The notes below the pieces were generated by a model. The model saw only the letters and a list, made by a program, of their open reading frames with translations. It searched no databases and was not told where the DNA came from. Position numbers and translations under genes: made by a program. A stretch of 33,095 nucleotides of DNA from a virus: IMG/VR virus record IMGVR_UViG_3300045988_124089, one strand, 5' to 3'. This document shows positions 31,467 through 33,095 of this stretch, piece by piece (position 1 is the first letter of the stretch; each line of letters starts with the position of its first letter).

Positions 31467-31634
31467 ATGGATGATATTTCATATGCGCTTCAGCGGAAAG
31501 CTCGTGAGCAAATGAAAACTATTCTGCTTCAAGATATCTTAACGGATATTACAATTTGCAAAATAGAGGGCTGGCCATATTTTGATTATCTGAATGAGCT
31601 GAAAGCTTTAATCGATGGATTTTTTCAGAAATGA
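31467..31634 (+). CDS. Hypothetical small protein (55 aa)
   Basis: ATG 2 nt after the upstream stop. AT-rich. Below the ORF-track cut-off. Confidence 0.35.
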   Translation: MDDISYALQRKAREQMKTILLQDILTDITICKIEGWPYFDYLNELKALIDGFFQK

Positions 31635-31644
31635 GAGGCCGGAT

Positions 31645-31974
31645 ATGAAAGAATATTGTAGATTTAACCGTCCTTGCCAAATTTGCGGCACAGTGATGCA
31701 CAATGTTGCGGCCAATAAAAAATTATGTCCCAGTTGCTTAAAGAAAAATCAAAGGGCACGCGATTCTGAACGCAAGGCAGCAAACAGAGCGGAAGAAGAC
31801 GATTCCGGTCACCGTGAACCATATGTCAGAAAATACCGCTCGCAGAAGAAGCCCACCGAAGACAACAGCATCGGCGCGGTATGTGCCCGCGCCATCGCGG
31901 CTGGCCGCACCTACGGCCAGCAAGTCGAATTTGAACGCAGACAGAAGGAGTTGAAAGACCGTGGCGAAATCTAA
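31645..31974 (+). CDS. Zinc-ribbon protein with basic tail
   Basis: CQIC...CPSC pair near the N-terminus. GAGAGG RBS. Confidence 0.5.
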   Translation: MKEYCRFNRPCQICGTVMHNVAANKKLCPSCLKKNQRARDSERKAANRAEEDDSGHREPYVRKYRSQKKPTEDNSIGAVCARAIAAGRTYGQQVEFERRQKELKDRGEI

Positions 31975-32197
31975 CCGTAACGACGCATGGCACGACAGCT
32001 ACAAGGCCATTTTTGAAAAAACCGGCTGCATCCGGCTGACGCTGGAACAGGTCAGCGTGTGCATGGGGATCCCGGCCCGGTATGTGCGCAAGCGCTACCC
32101 GGACGGCTGGGCGAATATGGCGGGCGATGAGGGCAAGGGCCGTGGGAACACGATCCGGCTGGATACCCTTCTCGATCAAGAATTTAGGACGTACTGA
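31961..32197 (+). CDS. Hypothetical early protein
   Basis: GTG start 10 nt after GAAGGAG. Confidence 0.45.
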   Translation: MAKSNRNDAWHDSYKAIFEKTGCIRLTLEQVSVCMGIPARYVRKRYPDGWANMAGDEGKGRGNTIRLDTLLDQEFRTY

Positions 32198-32211
32198 AGG
32201 AGCGTAGTGAG

Positions 32212-32286
32212 ATGAAAGAGGTACTATTCTTTTTTATTACTGTTTTCATCGTCGCTTATATCATAATTTCATATTTTCAAGAGTAA
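32212..32286 (+). CDS. 24-aa hydrophobic peptide upstream of the SPFH gene
   Basis: MKEVLFFFITVFIVAYIIISYFQE. AT-rich. Ends 11 nt before the SPFH start. Confidence 0.3.
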   Translation: MKEVLFFFITVFIVAYIIISYFQE

Positions 32287-32297
32287 AGGAGAACATC

Positions 32298-33095
32298 ATG
32301 AAAAAAGTCATCGCATTTCTTTCCGCCTTGTTGGTAGCTGTTATCTGCGTTTTGTGCCTCAACCGGGTTCCGGTAGGGTATGTCGGCGTTGTCTATTCTG
32401 CCAGCGGTGTAGAACAGAAAACATTGTCTCAGGGCTGGCACTTCCTTTCGCCGATGAAGCACGTCAGCAAATTCCCAATCAGTCAGCAACAGGTTATCTT
32501 TTCGGATGATCCGGCTGATTACGACTCGAAAGAACATGCGGATTGGCACATTGATGCCCCCGCCAGCGGCGGCATGGTCGGAATTAACCTGACGGTCAAC
32601 TATAATTTTATCCCGGACCGTGTTGTGGAACTGTATAGCAAATTCAACGGCATGGACGGCGAGACACTGGTTGAAAGCAGAATCCAAAACAGCATTATCG
32701 CATACGTCAAGGAAGTTACTCCTCAGTTTTCAGTTATGGATATCTATTCGGAGAAAAAGACGGAGGTAAACAACGCGATTACGAACTATCTGAACGAAAA
32801 ACTCACATCCGAATACGGGATCAATGTGTCAAGCGCATTAGTCATTGATGTTGAGCTGGATGATACTTTGACCGAAAAAATCCGTGCTAAAGAGCAAGCG
32901 AAGCAAGACGCCGAAATCGCCGAGTTGAATAAACAAACCGCATTGGCACAGGCTGAAACGGATAAAGTGAAAGCTCAGGCGGAAGCGGATGTTAAGGTGA
33001 TCGAGGCACAGGCTGAGGCAGATGCCAATAAGATCGTATCCGAATCCATCACCCCTGAACTGATCCAGATGAAAGAAGCCGAAGCTCGTTTGAAG
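32298..33095 (+). CDS. SPFH/band-7 (prohibitin/HflC-like) membrane protein, 5' part; continues at 120-176 after the junction (284 aa total)
   Basis: AAAGGAG RBS and an N-terminal TM segment (VIAFLSALLVAVICVLCL). The motif VPVGYVGVVYS...GW.F is the typical SPFH start. The C-terminus is an Ala/Glu/Gln-rich coiled coil (AKQDAEIAELNKQTALAQAETDKVKAQAEADVKVIEAQAEADANK). Confidence 0.85.
   Translation, partial: MKKVIAFLSALLVAVICVLCLNRVPVGYVGVVYSASGVEQKTLSQGWHFLSPMKHVSKFPISQQQVIFSDDPADYDSKEHADWHIDAPASGGMVGINLTVNYNFIPDRVVELYSKFNGMDGETLVESRIQNSIIAYVKEVTPQFSVMDIYSEKKTEVNNAITNYLNEKLTSEYGINVSSALVIDVELDDTLTEKIRAKEQAKQDAEIAELNKQTALAQAETDKVKAQAEADVKVIEAQAEADANKIVSESITPELIQMKEAEARLK
32977..33095. repeat. Right copy of the 119-bp terminal overlap
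   Basis: Identical to 1-119. Confidence 0.95.

Larger units (their letters stand above)
1..32976. mobile_element. Complete unit genome of a temperate siphovirus-like phage (circularly closed assembly)
   Basis: Uninterrupted phage module order: recombination/replication, partition-like, late regulator, HNH-terS-terL-portal-protease-capsid, tail, lysis, cargo, attP-int, immunity, early genes. Bases 1-119 equal 32977-33095, giving a unit length of 32,976 bp. Confidence 0.85.

Noticed and set aside
1-33095. Retron, DGR or other reverse-transcriptase-based system; alternative genetic code
   Set aside because: - No ORF shows RT motifs (YxDD context), and no template/variable repeat pair was seen.
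- All recognisable phage genes are intact under the standard bacterial code, so stop-codon recoding is not needed.

Overview
The window is one complete, circularly closed genome unit of a temperate siphovirus-like phage or prophage. The unit is 32,976 bp, and bases 1-119 are identical to 32977-33095. The backbone is GC-rich with several visibly AT-rich inserts. The host is probably a Clostridia-type Firmicute, but that is inference only.

Gene order, almost all on the + strand:
- Recombination and replication module: Rad52/Sak-like annealase, NinB-like protein, HNH-like protein, SSB, and a replication initiator with iterons inside its own gene.
- ParA - HTH/Zn-ribbon - ParB partition-like operon.
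- Putative late regulator, then an AT-rich orphan gene.
- A non-coding, highly structured late leader of about 450 nt.
- HNH, terS, terL, portal, HK97-type protease and capsid, and head-tail joining genes.
- Major tail protein, G/GT chaperone with a -1 frameshift, tape measure, Dit/Tal/fibre.
- GH25 endolysin and holin candidates.
- A frame-broken sigma-region-4-like gene.
- A terminator-insulated five-gene cargo cassette.
- attP carrying a tRNA 3' fragment, then a tyrosine integrase on the - strand.
- Two XRE regulators, morons, a cI/cro-like switch and small early genes.
- An SPFH/band-7 gene that crosses the circular junction.

Observations most worth follow-up:
1. Five dispersed copies of the palindrome GTGTCCA-N3-TGGACAC. 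One lies inside the parA-like gene, so they are candidate centromere or regulator sites.
2. A 109-nt tRNA-like element with canonical D and T arms and an ACCA end, but an aberrant anticodon/variable region. It is embedded in the late-operon leader.
3. The late leader itself: a phased GTCCG x6 array, an extended -10 promoter, and a terminator hairpin just before the HNH gene.
4. The uncharacterised five-gene cargo cassette next to attP.

All functional calls come from motifs read by eye and from synteny. No database search was possible.
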